Shown in pieces: positions 17,475 to 30,605 of a stretch of DNA of 64,000 bases; positions within the stretch are counted from its first letter, which is position 1, and the number at the start of each line of letters is the position of its first letter. The notes beneath the pieces are model-generated. The model saw nothing but the letters and a program-made list of their open reading frames with translations. It was not told where the DNA came from and searched no databases. The stretch is from Candidatus Poribacteria bacterium (GTDB lineage: Bacteria > Poribacteria > WGA-4E > WGA-3G), in assembly GCA_963665235.2 (NCBI GenBank), contig CAXXLX010000001.1, positions 2,240,001-2,304,000 of the forward strand. The letters run 5' to 3'. Both the position numbers and the translations under genes were made by a program.

Positions 17475-19708
17475 TCATAATTTCCTCCACTGCAACCGCA
17501 AACTGTTCAGCACAACCGACACACTACTAAACGCCATCGCAAACGCCGCAAGCATCGGATGCAGCTTTTGCAACATCGATGGCAAAAACGAAAGCGGAAA
17601 CAACACCCCCGCAGCAACAGGTATCAATAGCACATTATAGAAAAATGCCCAAAATAGATTCTGTTTAATTGTCCGGAGTGTAGCACGACTTAACCGAAGG
17701 GCATCAGGAATAGCGCGAAGGTCACCGTGCATCAACGTCAAATCGGCAGTTTCCATAGCGATATCCGTGCCAGTGCCGAGTGCCATCCCGACATCCGCTT
17801 GAGCCAACGCAGGTGCATCGTTGATACCATCCCCCACCATAGCGACAAATCCATCTGTCTCTGTCTGTGCCTTTTTGACAGCAGCCGCTTTATCTTCAGG
17901 CAGAAGTTCCGCCCTGACATCGGTAATTCCGACAGTTTTTGCGATAGCCTCTGCTGTGCTGCGATTGTCCCCTGTCATCATTGACACTTCGCATCCGAGG
18001 TGCCGGAGTTCAGCGACAGCAGCTTTCGCCTCCGATTTCACCGTATCTGCAACAGCGAGAAGTCCGCTAACGTGCAAATCAATTGCAACCCATAACACCG
18101 TTTTCGCTTCACCTTGCAGCCTTTCAGCGTCAGTTTCCAACGCCTCGGTTAAAATTTGATGCTGTTTTATCAAGGATAGGTTGCCGATGATTACGTTGTG
18201 CTCACCGAGTTTGGCGGTGATACCGTTGCCAGCAACGGCAGTAAATTCCGTAGGCGTAGCGGTCTCAATGCCACGTTCAGAAGCTGCGAGAACGATTGCT
18301 TTTCCGATAGGGTGTTCACTGCCACGTTCCGCAGAAGCAGCAAGTTGAAGTAATCGATTTTCATCGCTATCCTTTACAATAATATCTGTGAGGGTCAGCT
18401 GCCCCTGTGTTAAAGTGCCAGTTTTATCCAGAACAATTTGAGAGACCTGACCGACATGTTCTAACGTTTCACTATTCCGAAAAAGGATGCCGCGATGTGC
18501 CCCAATACCTGTGCTGACCATAATTGCAGTCGGGGTGGCTAGCCCTAACGCACACGGACACGCAATAACTAAAACTGCTACCAAGCGGAGCATAGCGTCT
18601 GTGAACCCTTGTTCGGGAAGAAACCACCACACTATGAACGTCATAGCAGCAATACACAAGACGACAGGCACAAACACACTTGCAACCTTGTCGGCGGTGC
18701 GTTGAATGGGTGCCTTACTCTGCTGTGTCGCTTGGACTAACTGAATAAGCCGAGCGAGAGCAGTCTCTGAACCGACACCTGTCGCCTCAATTGTAAGCAT
18801 TCCGCTTTGGTTAATTGTTGCGCTCACAACGGTGTCGCCTCCTGTTTTGTCGACGGGCATACTTTCGCCAGTAAAGAGGCTTTCATCAACGGCACTTGTG
18901 CCTTCGCGCACGATACCATCCACCGGCATACTTTCACCCGGGCGGACGATGAGCATATCTCCAACGTTTACCTGTTCAATTGGGATATGCTGTTCTTCAC
19001 CTGCCTTGAGGAGACACGCTGTTTTGGGAGAGAGTTGCATCAGTTTTTTGAGAGCAGCACTTGTCTGTCCCTTTGCACGCGCCTCCAGAAGTTTACCAAG
19101 TTTAATCAGTGTGATGATAACAGCGGCTGTCTCAAAATAGACGTGGTTTCCAAGCCCCTGGTAATTTAGCAATAGGGCAACCATCACGACTACGCTATAG
19201 AGAAACGCGACAGATGACCCCATTGCAATCAGCACATCCATATTGGCAGAGCGATTCCGCAACGCCTTGGTGCTGCCGACGTAGTAATCCCACCCGACGT
19301 AAAACTGCACCGGCAGTGCCAAACATAGCATTAATCCATTGACCCAAGGAGCATGTGCCCACTCGCCTATTAGCTTCATGTCTCTGCCCATACTGAGCAG
19401 AAATAGCGGGAGTGTAAAAAGCAGCCCGACGCTGAATTGCAACCGCTGTCTTCGGAGTTCTTCGGCGCGGGCAGCGGCTTCCATATCCGCGTCGACAACG
19501 TCAAAGCGATGTGTACGAGGTATCGGATTCTGTCAACGATAACGGTTTCGCTGAGCATATCGGGATTGAAGGTAATTGCCGCCTGCTCGGTTGCGATGCT
19601 GACATCTGCTGTGAGAATGCCTTCCATCTCATTCAAATCGCGGGTGATAGTGGCAGCGCAGCCTTCGCAGTGCATCCCGGTGATGGGAAGAGTAATTTGA
19701 TGTTGCAT
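17475..19708 (-). CDS. copA: Copper-translocating P1B-type ATPase (frameshift near 19510)
   Basis: HMA GMHCEGC in ORF 19376-19708. [24 protein letters not shown] and MAFSS in ORF 17475-19484. An apparent 8-nt extra segment at ~19508-19515 splits the gene. Confidence 0.85.
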
Positions 19709-19722
19709 TTTTTCATCCGACT

Positions 19723-20712
19723 TTACGCCAAGTGGACAGGTTCGCCAGTTTCCAGAGATTGATTCGCTGCGATGGACAATATAGCGGTCTTTGCGGCATC
19801 AGGATACGGAGAACGGATTGCACTGCCATCTCCCGTGCGGACAGCCTCAACAAAGGTCCGATCCATGTCTATGGTGCATCTATTTTCGGGGTTCCACGTG
19901 GTTGTCCCTTCGGCTGTTGAAAGCACAAGGGCACGACGCAGATGGTATTCCAGCGAACCGTCTGCACAGAAGATGTCTAACCCCGAACGGCGAAGCCCTT
20001 TCGTCGTGAAACACGCCGAGAACATGATGCCGAATACACCGCTTTCAAATTGTAAAGACACAGCGGAGGCTTCCTCAATATCGTAATCGGTGTCCGGAAT
20101 GAGGTCGTAACGGGCGACAGCATAGACGGTTTTGACTTCACCGAAGAGATAGCGTGCCATGTCAAACTCGTGTGTGGTTTGTTCCATGAGTTGCCCGCCA
20201 GATTTCGCTTTCTCACGCCACCAACCGCCGGGCATGCCCCCCATCCAGTAGCCCATGAAGAATCCGACACGCCGGGACGCAAGAAGCTCCTGCGCCTTGT
20301 CAATAATATCGAGATAACGTTCCTGATACCCTGCGGCGGTGATGATACCTTTATCCTCAATTTCTGCAGCGATTTCTTTCGCTTCGTCAGCGTCCATGTG
20401 GACAGGTTTTTCGACGAACATCGGCAGCCCAGCGGCGACAACAGCCTTCTCCGGCGCACCGTGTGCAAAGGGCGGAATTGAGATATAAACGGCATCCAAT
20501 TCCTCTTTTGCAAGCATCTGGTTATAGTCCGCATAAGCCTTGCCGCCGTATTGCTCGACAGCACGTTCCGCTTTTTCTACTACAATATCACAAAAGGCGA
20601 TGAATTGATTACCGCCAATTTCGGTTAATTCACGTAGGTGGCGGTTCATATTGCCCCCTGTCCCAATAAAACCTAATCGTACGTTTGACATAATTTCTCC
20701 TATTGTTGGCAA
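19723..20712 (-). CDS. Gfo/Idh/MocA oxidoreductase
   Basis: GFIGTGG, FVEKP and GGQLMEQTTHEFD motifs. Confidence 0.9.
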   Translation of the reverse strand: MPTIGEIMSNVRLGFIGTGGNMNRHLRELTEIGGNQFIAFCDIVVEKAERAVEQYGGKAYADYNQMLAKEELDAVYISIPPFAHGAPEKAVVAAGLPMFVEKPVHMDADEAKEIAAEIEDKGIITAAGYQERYLDIIDKAQELLASRRVGFFMGYWMGGMPGGWWREKAKSGGQLMEQTTHEFDMARYLFGEVKTVYAVARYDLIPDTDYDIEEASAVSLQFESGVFGIMFSACFTTKGLRRSGLDIFCADGSLEYHLRRALVLSTAEGTTTWNPENRCTIDMDRTFVEAVRTGDGSAIRSPYPDAAKTAILSIAANQSLETGEPVHLA

Positions 20713-20806
20713 TTAGCGATTAGCAATTAGCAAGATGTTGTGATTCTAATCAGGTTTTTGACACGCGTCAGCGACCTGTTGCCATTAGCCAATAGCCATT
20801 AGCCAA
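20705..20806. repeat. Dispersed intergenic element (copy B, inverted)
   Basis: AATTAGCGATTAGCAATTAGCAAG..GTTGTGATTCTAA.CAGGTTTTTGACACGCGTCAG is the reverse complement of copy A. Confidence 0.75.
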
Positions 20807-20807
20807 A

Positions 20808-21849
20808 TTACCATTCAAATACGGTGCCGAGCAGCCGCATCGGTTCATCGCGGAGCCACCGGTAAATCTGCGGTGCGTCTGCAACGTTCACCCGGTGTCG
20901 GATAAGCGGTGCAATTTTTATGGAACCTTGGCGTAGCAAACGGCAGAGATTCTCCAAATCATCCCGTGTAAAATGGCTGCAATGCAAAATGCTAATCTCC
21001 TTGAATTGCCCGACGTTAAAGGTATAGTTAACATCAAATCGTCCGGCGACTAAGAGCAAGCGTCCCCGAGTTTTGCATGCTTGTATCATCGGTGTGACCA
21101 TATCTGCGGCACCTGCGAAATCCATGACGACATCATAGGCTCCGTCAGCAATTTGTGCTTTCCATCCATCGCCGCTCGTATTGTAAACGTTTTCGGCTAC
21201 GTTAAGTTGACGCGCCTGTTCCAATCGGGATTCTTCAATATCACACACCGTGACGCGCGCGCCCATCGCGTAGGCAATCTGCGCGGCAAACATGCCGATA
21301 CATCCTTGACCGACAATAAGCACTTTTTCGCCTATACGGGGCTCAACCCGTCGGCAACAATGCATTGCTACGCCTGATATACCGAAAAGTGCAGCATCTG
21401 CTGGCGCGACATCCGGTGGCAATTTCAGAAGCAACCCGTTCTCCTGAATCGTGAACCGTTCCACATGGTCTACGCTGGCGTAGATAAGGTCGCCGACCTG
21501 AAGTTGGGTTACATCAGGTCCGGTTTCAATGACTCGGCCGACGTTTTGATATCCCCCGCCACGTTTCGTTGCTCTTTCCAATCGGTGACGACCGTTTTTT
21601 CGCGCCGTTTATCGGGCAATAGTGTAGTGACAATTGCTCTCACTTGAAACTCCTTGCAGAGAGGTTTTCATCAGCGGGTGCGTAATTTCCGCCGATAAGC
21701 TGGTTGCGTTCCGTGCCGTTAGTCAGTCCCGTGAAGACAGCTTCGCACATCACCTCGTTTCGTACGGGGGCGGCTGGCTCTTTCCAATCGGTGACGACCG
21801 TTTTTTCGCGCCGTTTATCGGGCAATAGTGTAGTGACAATTGCTCTCAC
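20808..21849 (-). CDS. Zinc-binding alcohol dehydrogenase-like (MDR) protein, disrupted by an internal ~90-bp duplication
   Basis: N-part VRAIVTT..TGLTNGTERNQL; C-part GYQNVGRVIETG, VLIVGQGCIG. 21572-21661 repeats 21779-21870. Confidence 0.7.
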
Positions 21850-22067
21850 AATTTTGAAACTCCTTGCAGAGATTTTGTGTATTAATTTACCGCAAACCGG
21901 TGGATTTGTCAAGTGAATTGAAAATACCTTATTGAAAAAAAGATTGACTTTTAGCTGAAAATGTGATAGACTTAAAGAATCCTATGTCAAGCAGGCTCGG
22001 CGTATTCTGTCGGTCCTTTTTTCTGTTTTTTGAAAGGATAATTCTGAAGTTGCCCAAACTTTTATCA

Positions 22068-25000
22068 ATGGAGAAAAAATTGAAATTTCAGCAAAATATA
22101 ATAAAAATCGGTTGCCTATTGATGTTTATTTTAGTCGGTAGTGTCAATGCGCAACAGAATCTGGCACAAGAGGCATACACGGTCTTTGAACAATCCTGCC
22201 TAATATGCCACGGCGAAAACGGTTCCTATAGAGAATCACTCATTATTGAACACACAGCACTTATTGATGACGCAAAAGTCATTCCCGGCAACCCCGACGG
22301 TTCCGTCCTATATCAACGACTCATTGAAACGGATGTTGCTAAACGGATGCCGCTTGCACAGCCTCCGCTTGCCCCTGAAACAATTGAAACGATTCGGCAA
22401 TGGATTGCAGCAGGCGCACCCGATTGGAGTGCCATTCCGACACCAAAACCCGGCTTCATTACAAACGGGACGATATTTGAGACGATTGAGAACCACGTCA
22501 ATTCTCTTTCATCGCGTGACAAATCGTTTGCACGCTATTTTACGATAACACATCTCTATAACGCAGGTGAAACAACGGAGGCACTCAACGCCTATCGGCG
22601 CGCCCTCTCAAAACTGATCAATAGCCTTTCATGGGGACGCGAAGTTGTCAATCCAAAGCCTATTGATGTGGAACGAACGATTTTCTATATTGATCTTCGA
22701 GATTATGAATGGGATGTGAGGAGCGATGCATGGACACAGATTGAACAGGCATATCCCTACAAAATAGCGTTTGATGCACCAACACAAACAGACCTCCTTG
22801 AAAAACTGACAACTTTACAGCAAGAGATGAGCTGTGAGGTGCCGTTTGTCCATGTAGATTGGTTTCTTGCGACCGCATCATTGCCCCCGCTTTACCACGA
22901 CATTCTCGCGCTACCCAAAACAGACCGTGAATTAGAGACAGAACTTAAGGTGTAGTGTCGCTGAAAACCTCCTAAATGCGCCAGGAAGACGCGTCTGGCG
23001 TGCGGGATTTAACGATTCCGTGTTTCAAGACACAATCGCGTTGTTGAACGTCACACCTCCAGTTATGGTGCATATTGGAAAAGTTATGACTTTGCAGGAA
23101 GCGCAGAGTCACAGAATATCTTTACACATCCGCTTGATTTCTCACACGACGGCGGCGAGATTATATTCAACCTACCGAACGGGTTGCAGGCATATTATCT
23201 TGTAGATGAAAATGGCAACCGCCTTGATGCAGCGCCGATAGGTATTGTTCGGAACCCCGCAGCAAGTGATCCGACCGTCCGTAATGGGTTATCCTGTATC
23301 GGCTGCCACACGGAAGGGATGAAGACGTTTGAAGACGAAGTACGTGCTGTTGTTGAACAAGCAGATAACCCGCCTTATGACAAAGTGAAGGCGTTAGAAC
23401 TCTATGTGCAAAAAACGGTGATGGACGCGCTTGTTGCAGAGGATACAGAACGTTTTCGGGTGGCATTGGAAAAAACAGGCGGGGTGTTTGGGGGTATTGA
23501 GCCGGTCCAACGATTCCATGAGACGTTTCAAGGGACTCTTAGTGCAGCGCACGCTGCAGCTGCTGTCGGCTTAGAAACTGGTGTATTCCTCCAAAAAATT
23601 AGTCAAAATGTGAGTCTACAAAACTTAGGGCTGCAAGTGCTAACGAGTGAAGGTGGAAACGTGAAACGGGATGCGTGGACATCTAACTTTGACGATATGA
23701 TTTCCGCGCTGAATTCTCCTGATAGTGTGATACCGCCAGTTGACCAGCGTCCGGAAGTTATCCCTGGTGCTTCTGTTCATTCCCGATGTAAACCTCCGAC
23801 GCCGCAATTGCGGACGCACTCGGTAAAGCTGCTGGTGATTGTTTACGGTTGAGGAGATGCCAACGTTGCCCCTAAGAGCAAGCAATAGGGACATTAAGGA
23901 TTTTAATGGATTGAGGCCGCTATAAATTGGAAGAGTTGCCATTTCAAAAAATCCGGTATCTGACATTTCGCCACTTTCAAAATTGACAAACCTTGTCGGG
24001 TTAGGTGCTTGGGAAACACCTATATCCGATCTCATCTCCGCTCTCAGGATTGAAAAAGCTGAGATGGTCAAGACTTTGGTCTCACCCTCAACAGATGGAA
24101 ATAAAAATTAATTGGAAACTTGGATTTGTCACCACTGGCAGGCATACGAAGCCTGGAAAAACTGAAATTTTACAAATGCGGTATAAAAGACATATCTGCA
24201 CTGGCGGGGTTAACAGAGTTAACAGACCTGCATATCCCTAACAATAAACTATCGGGGCACATCACCTCTTGCACCTCTTGCAGGGCTAACTCAACTTGGA
24301 ACATCTCGTAGCTGACCACGTTGAGTTCTCCGACTTATCTCCACTGGCAGAGTTAACTAAGTTGAAACACCTAAACCTTGGGAACAATTTCTTAATATCT
24401 GATTTGTCACCACTATCAGGTTTAACAAGCTTGACAAAACTTCATCTTGAGCACAATATGATCTCAGATGTATTGCCTTTAGCAGGGCTAATCAGCTTAG
24501 AAAAACTAATTTTACACAAAAATTTAATAACTAACATTTCCGATTTAGCAGGATTATCTGCATTCCCTCATTATATAAACTGGGTTAATAACCCGGGTGC
24601 ACCTATCGCGGGCCCAAAAATTGTAGGACCTTGGTTATGGATGCTAATCCCAGGAGAACGTCTTAACAGTAGCACAGATTTGTTGGCATCAACGAGTAGC
24701 GGCTCTGTCACAGATACTTCAGATCGCGATTTGCAACGAAGGACAAGCAGTTAATTCAAGTGGACGGGTTACAGAAGGCAATACGGTCGTTTTGCCAGAA
24801 ACAATATGAGAGAAATGTTACATGCTTTTGTTTGTCCGAAGAGACGGAAAGACAAAATAATGTTGTTTACGGTTCCGTAATTTTATACTCACCACGGGAA
24901 CAAGAAACAAGAATTCTTGTGGGAAGTGAAGGGCATCGCAAGATTTGGTTAAATGGAACATTGATACACGAGCTTTTAGGTGAACCTGCATGGGATTATG

Positions 25001-28000
25001 ACAGTAGTTACGATCAGTTTCTCCCTGTTACCCTGAAACAGGGAGCAAATGTTTTGTTAGTAGCAGTTGATAATGGATATTATATGACAGGACACTTCGC
25101 TTTTGAAGAAGGCACAGAATATACAGTGCTAAATGCTTCGGATATTACTATTCCGGACCCAAACCTCCGCGCCGCAATTGCAGAGACACTTGACAAAGAG
25201 GATGCTAACGCTCCGATTACGCTTCAAGAAATGGCAACTTTAACAATCTTAAGAGCAAGCAATAGAGACATTAAGGATTTAACAGGCATAGAGTTCGCTA
25301 TAAATCTGGAAGAGTTGTGGATTTCAAAAAATCCGGTGTCTGACATTTCGCCACTTTCAAAATTGACAAATCTTGTTGGGTTAGGTGCTTGGGAAACACC
25401 TATATCCGATCTCTCCCCACTTTCAGGATTGAAAAATCTGAGATGGTTAGATTTTGTGATCACCGAGATATCTGACTTAACCCCCTTGGCAGGTCTAACA
25501 AGTCTGAGAAAACTGACTTGTTATAATTCCGGAGACCTAGCAGACATATCACCGCTTGCAGGCTTAACGGGATTAACATTTCTATCAATCGGTGGGAACA
25601 GAGCAATATCGGATGCATCACCTATTGCGGGTTTAATAAATTTGGAACATCTGGACCTTCACAGCGATTCGATATCCGATTTATCACCGCTTGCAGGCTT
25701 AATCGAATTAAAACATCTAAACTTATTCAATAATAGATTGATATCCGATTTATCGCCACTGTCGGAATTAAAAGGTTTGACATATCTTGAACTTGACAGG
25801 AACAATATATCAGACGTATCTCCGTTGTCGGAATTAAAAGGTTTGACATATCTTGAACTTGACAGAAACAATATATCAGACGTATCTCCGTTGACAGGAC
25901 TAATCAATTTAGAATGGTTAAGTCTTCGCGAAAATTTAATATCGGATATTTCCATTTTGGAGGGATTATCTGTATTCCCTGATATTCTTTGGGTTGAAAA
26001 CCCTGGTTCCGCGACAGGTGGGCCGATAATAGAAGGTCCATGGTTGTGGTTAAAATTACCCGCAGAACATCTTAATAAGGATTGGTTGGCGGCAGCGAGC
26101 GATAGTGCTGTGACAGAAGAACAGATTGCTACATACGGTACAGCAGACGGGAAATCCGTTGGGAACAGCGTGTGGAAGTCTGCCAAAATTGACAGCGATT
26201 ACAATAACATCAATAGAATGCTGGACTCCCTTGGAGAGGATGAGAATCGAACCTACCATGTGATTTACGGTTCTATCGTCTTAGATTCACCACAAGAACA
26301 GAAAACAATGATGTTACAGGGAAATTTTCAGTTTTCAAAAATATGGCTCAACGGCGAGTTAGTTTATAAAGATCGATCAACAAAAAACGCCCGTGGACCC
26401 CGTAACCACGATTACGGAATATTTTTCCCTGTTACCTTGAAACAAGGTATAAACGTCTTATTAGTTGCAGTTCAACATAACCGTGAGTATTACCATGAGT
26501 GGAACGGCTTTTTCGGGTTTGAAGAAGGCACAGAGTATACAGTGCTAAATGCTTCCGATATTGTTATTCCGGATCCAAACCTCCGCGCCACAATTGCAGA
26601 AGCACTTGACAAAGAGGATGCTAACGCTCCGATTACGCTTCAAGACATGGCAACATTAACAATCCTAAGAGCAAGCAATAGGGACATTAAGGATTTAACA
26701 GGTATCGAGTTCGCTGTAAATCTGGAGGAGTTGTGGATTTCGGAGAATCCTATATCCGATCTCGCGCCACTTACGGGCTTGAAAAACCTTATCGGTTTAG
26801 GCGCATGGGATAATCCTAATATATCTGATTTATCGCCACTTGTCAAACTCCCCAAACTGAGATGGTTAGACTTTGGGCTCACACCGGTATCTGACCTATC
26901 TCCTTTGGCGGACATAAAAAGTCTGAGAAAATTGACATTTCAGAATGGGGGCATAAAAGACATTTCACAGTTGGCAGGGTTAACACAGTTGACTTTTCTT
27001 GACATTGCCTATAATTGGACGATACCAGATTTATCCCCTATTACAAAGTTAACAAACTTGGAGATATTTGTGGCGAATAGCAATGATATATCAGATATAA
27101 CGCCTCTGGCAGCATTGACAGATTTCCGACTTATAAAATTCACCGCTATCAGATTTGAAACATGTAGATCTTCACAATAACGCCATATCGGACGTATCTC
27201 CACTGGCAGAATTGGTAAATCTGGAAATAGTTAAACTTTATGGCAACTTAATATTAGATATTTCTCCGTTGGAAAGTTCCCCTATATTCCCTTATGTTTT
27301 TTGGCTTGAAAACCCAGGTTCTGCTAGGAGCGGACTGCAAATAGAGGGACCTTGGACGTGGCTAACGTTACCCGTTGAACATTTTGACGCAGATTGGTTA
27401 GCTGAAGCGAGTGGCGGCGCCGTGACAGAGCAGCAAGTCGCTAAATACGGTGCAAAAGATGGACAACACGTCGGAGCTAACGTGTGGAAATCTGCCAAAA
27501 TTGGCCGAAAGGCGTATGAATGTCCTTGAAATGCTCTCTCTTGTTGGAGATGAACACACAAGTAGATACCCCGGAAAACACCCCTTAATTTACAGTACTA
27601 TCGCCTTGAATTCACCCCGTGAACAGAAAACAAAAATACTTGAAGGGAGTGCAGGCAAGTCTGTAAAAATCTGGCTCAATGGGGACCTGGTACATAAAGC
27701 TGTTAGAACAACTAGTGGTGCACGGCTTTATGATCGATTTTCCCCTGTTACACTCAAAGAAGGCGTAAATGTCTTGTTAGTTGCAACTCTAAACTTGCCT
27801 GAAGAGCGTTATGGGTTAAGTTCTGTCGGGTTTGATGAAGGCGCAGAGTATACGTTAATTCCTCCCGGTGTCGGCTTCACATTTTCTGCAACGAAAACAA
27901 CAAACCTTCTTGCTGGCGATACATTCACCCTTAACCTCAACGCAGAAAACATAACCGATTTATCGGGTTGGCAAGCGAACGTTGCCTTTGACCCGAATAT

Positions 28001-28913
28001 GCTTGAAGCCGTTGAAGTTTCCGAAGGCGATTTTCTGAAGTCAGAAGGTGGGGACACCTTCTTCCAAGGTGGCACTATTAATAACACAGCAGGGAAAATT
28101 ACGAGGTTGTTCTCTGCGCGAATATCTGAAACTGGTATGAGCGGCACAGGTATACTGCTATCGGTAACATTCAAGGCAAAAGCAGGTGGTAAAACACAAG
28201 TGACACTGGAAAACTTTGAGTTTATCTCAATCGCCGATGAGGTTATTCCTACTGTTCCACCTAATATTACCATCACTTTGGGAGAATATCCGGCATGGGA
28301 TGTGAATCAGGATGGACGTGTGAGTATTCGGGACATTGTTCTTGTAGCGAAGGACTTGGGTTCAGGCACGCCAGCAAACTTACGTACAGATGTCAATCGG
28401 GATGGCGTTATCAATGTCCAAGACCTTATTCTTGTGGCACACCACATGGGTAATTCAGCCAATTCCGCTGCGTCTCCTTTACTTGCAATAGACAATAAGG
28501 AACTCATGCCAGCAATGGTCCAGGCATGGATAGAGCAGGCACAGGCTGAAAACGATGGTTCACTTGCATTTCAACAAGGGATAGAGAATCTCAAACGGTT
28601 ATTAGCATCGCTGCTTCCAGAAAAAACAGCACTGCTTGCAAACTATCCGAACCCGTTCAATCCTGAGACATGGCTCCCGTATCAGTTGTCTAAACCCGCG
28701 GATGTTACTTTGACAATTTGGACTGCAAATGGTGCAGTCGTCCGGAGGTTAGCATTAGGGCAGCAGGCAGCAGGGATATATCAAAGTCGGAGCCGTGCAG
28801 CATATTGGGATGGGAGAAATAGCGTAGGTGAATCGGTAGCGAGTGGAATCTATTTCTATACACTAATCGCAGGCGATTTCACAGGTACGCGTAGGATGCT
28901 CATCCTGAAATAG
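22068..28913 (+). CDS. Giant secreted multidomain protein: cytochrome c domains, internalin-like LRRs, repeated beta-sandwich modules, cohesin, dockerin, FlgD-Ig (many frameshifts)
   Basis: Signal peptide ...VNA|QQ, CLICH and CIGCH heme motifs, ISDLSPL LRRs, IEGPWLW/KIWLNG/VTLKQG.NVLLVAV modules, DVNQDGRVSIRD, NYPNPFNPETW tail. Split over consecutive ORFs. Confidence 0.7.
25762..25893 (+). repeat. Near-exact 66-bp tandem duplication of one LRR
   Basis: SELKGLTYLELDRNNISDVSPL occurs twice with near-identical DNA. Confidence 0.85.
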
Positions 28914-28950
28914 GAAATAGTCGTTTTATACCAATTTAAGGAGTACCACA

Positions 28951-29829
28951 ATGCCCAAACGCGTTAATAAAGCAATTGAATTGTTAGCAGCCGACCAGCC
29001 GGTCTTCTATACAGGCAGCCATACAGGTGCAGACTTGAACTACGATGCCGGTCGCGCCATGGCAAAAACATGGGCGGATTATATCAACGTCGGGATGGAA
29101 CACGGTTGTTTCGATCTGGCGGGATTAGATAATTTCATGCGGGGCCTTGCCGATGGCGGCCCTACCAACAGCGGACACAAAACCCCTGCCGTGATTGTTG
29201 AGCTGCCGGTAGATGGAGTCAGTGCAGAAGTGATTCGCGCCAACGGCTGGCAGATGCGGCAACTTTTGGCACGCGGGGTGCATGGACTTCTGCTTTGCCA
29301 TGCCGAATCACCGATGGCTGTCAAGGCGTTTGTAGAGGCATGCCGATACCCGTTCCAGACAATCGGTGTCGGAACGCAATTGGAGGTCGGCAGACGCGGC
29401 TCCGCAGGACAGGGGACCGCAGCCCCTATCTGGGGGATTTCTGTCGATAAATATCTGGATGTCGCCGACCCGTGGCCGTTGAATCCGGATGGCGAATTGC
29501 TCCTTGGACTGAAGATTGAAAACAGACGTGCCTTAGCGAACGTTGAAGTCACAGCTCGGGTGCCCGGTATCGCTTTTGCAGAATGGGGCCCGGGAGATAT
29601 GAGTATGTCGTTCGGTTACAAACACCCGCCAAACCCTCGTCCGCAGGAGCTACAGGATGCAAGGGACCGGGTGTTCGCAGCATGTAAATCGGCAGGACTT
29701 ATCTTTTTAGAGAGCGCATCCCCGGACACAATTGAGGCGAGCATTGATGCAGGCGTACGAATCTGTGGGTCAGGCGAAGCATGCGCGCGTATCGGACGGG
29801 CTTACGCAGGCAGAACGATGCCTGTTTAG
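28951..29829 (+). CDS. HpcH/HpaI aldolase/citrate lyase family protein
   Basis: MEHG, LLARGVHGLLLCH, KIE and EWGPGDMSMS motifs. Confidence 0.85.
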   Translation: MPKRVNKAIELLAADQPVFYTGSHTGADLNYDAGRAMAKTWADYINVGMEHGCFDLAGLDNFMRGLADGGPTNSGHKTPAVIVELPVDGVSAEVIRANGWQMRQLLARGVHGLLLCHAESPMAVKAFVEACRYPFQTIGVGTQLEVGRRGSAGQGTAAPIWGISVDKYLDVADPWPLNPDGELLLGLKIENRRALANVEVTARVPGIAFAEWGPGDMSMSFGYKHPPNPRPQELQDARDRVFAACKSAGLIFLESASPDTIEASIDAGVRICGSGEACARIGRAYAGRTMPV

Positions 29830-29860
29830 GCGATAATATATATATACTGTGAGGTGAACT

Positions 29861-30595
29861 ATGGCACTAACAGAACAGGAAATGTTAGCAGAATTACGGC
29901 AATTTGACACACCCTCCATAACAAATGTGGTGGCCACGTATCCAGGCAATCCACTTTGCCTTGGACTTTACAACCCGTGGACAGAAAATTGGTACACAGA
30001 TACAACTATCCGGTGTATGTATCCGGCGTTAGGCGCGGTTGCAGGATACGCGGTGACCTGTGTTTACGGTTTACCCGATCCGAATTATTCGGAGCTCTCC
30101 TTCATGGACGTGATTGATGCGTTAGATGCCGCTAAAAAACCGACTATTTTGGCATTTCAGCAGAAATTCCCGCCCGAATTAGCGGACAAGGTCGGATTAG
30201 CAGGCGGTAACATGACAGCGGCGATGAAATCGGTCGGATGTTTAGGCGCGATTTCTAACGGCCCCTCGCGAGACATTGATGAAATTCGTCCGATGGAATT
30301 TCAGTACTTGTTGAGCGGAATCACCCCAGGACACGGAGCAATGGCGGTTCATGCAGTCAATGTTCCCGTTTCAATAGCAGGCATGGATGTCGCACCCGGT
30401 GAGATTATCCACATGGACGAAAATGGGGCGTGCAAGTTCCCAGGGGATAAACTACACGCGGTGTTGACGAACGTCAAAACGTTGCTATCGGAAGAAGGGG
30501 ACCGGATTGGGCAGCTGTTATCAGGACCGAAAACAGCGAAACAGGTTCGCGCTATTTTCGGTGGGCACGCTTACGCTGAAGATGAAGAAAAATAG
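29861..30595 (+). CDS. RraA/HMG-aldolase family protein
   Basis: DTPSITN, AGYAVT, GAISNGPSRDIDE and VAPGEIIHMDENG motifs. Confidence 0.85.
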   Translation: MALTEQEMLAELRQFDTPSITNVVATYPGNPLCLGLYNPWTENWYTDTTIRCMYPALGAVAGYAVTCVYGLPDPNYSELSFMDVIDALDAAKKPTILAFQQKFPPELADKVGLAGGNMTAAMKSVGCLGAISNGPSRDIDEIRPMEFQYLLSGITPGHGAMAVHAVNVPVSIAGMDVAPGEIIHMDENGACKFPGDKLHAVLTNVKTLLSEEGDRIGQLLSGPKTAKQVRAIFGGHAYAEDEEK

Positions 30596-30605
30596 GCACG
30601 TACCG

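Noticed and set aside
19500-19520. Programmed CopA/CopZ frameshift as in E. coli copA
   Set aside because: No slippery heptamer. It looks like an 8-nt insertion in LGFDVV and is probably an error or mutation. Reads are needed to decide.
21572-21870. Programmed rearrangement in the dehydrogenase gene
   Set aside because: The duplicate copy carries small deletions and adjoins an indel-rich zone. A long-read or assembly artefact is more likely.
22950-27530. Programmed frameshifting, phase variation or DGR target in the LRR gene
   Set aside because: Indels are dense and irregular and not confined to slippery tracts. No reverse transcriptase or adenine-specific TR/VR pattern is seen. Consistent with low consensus quality or decay.
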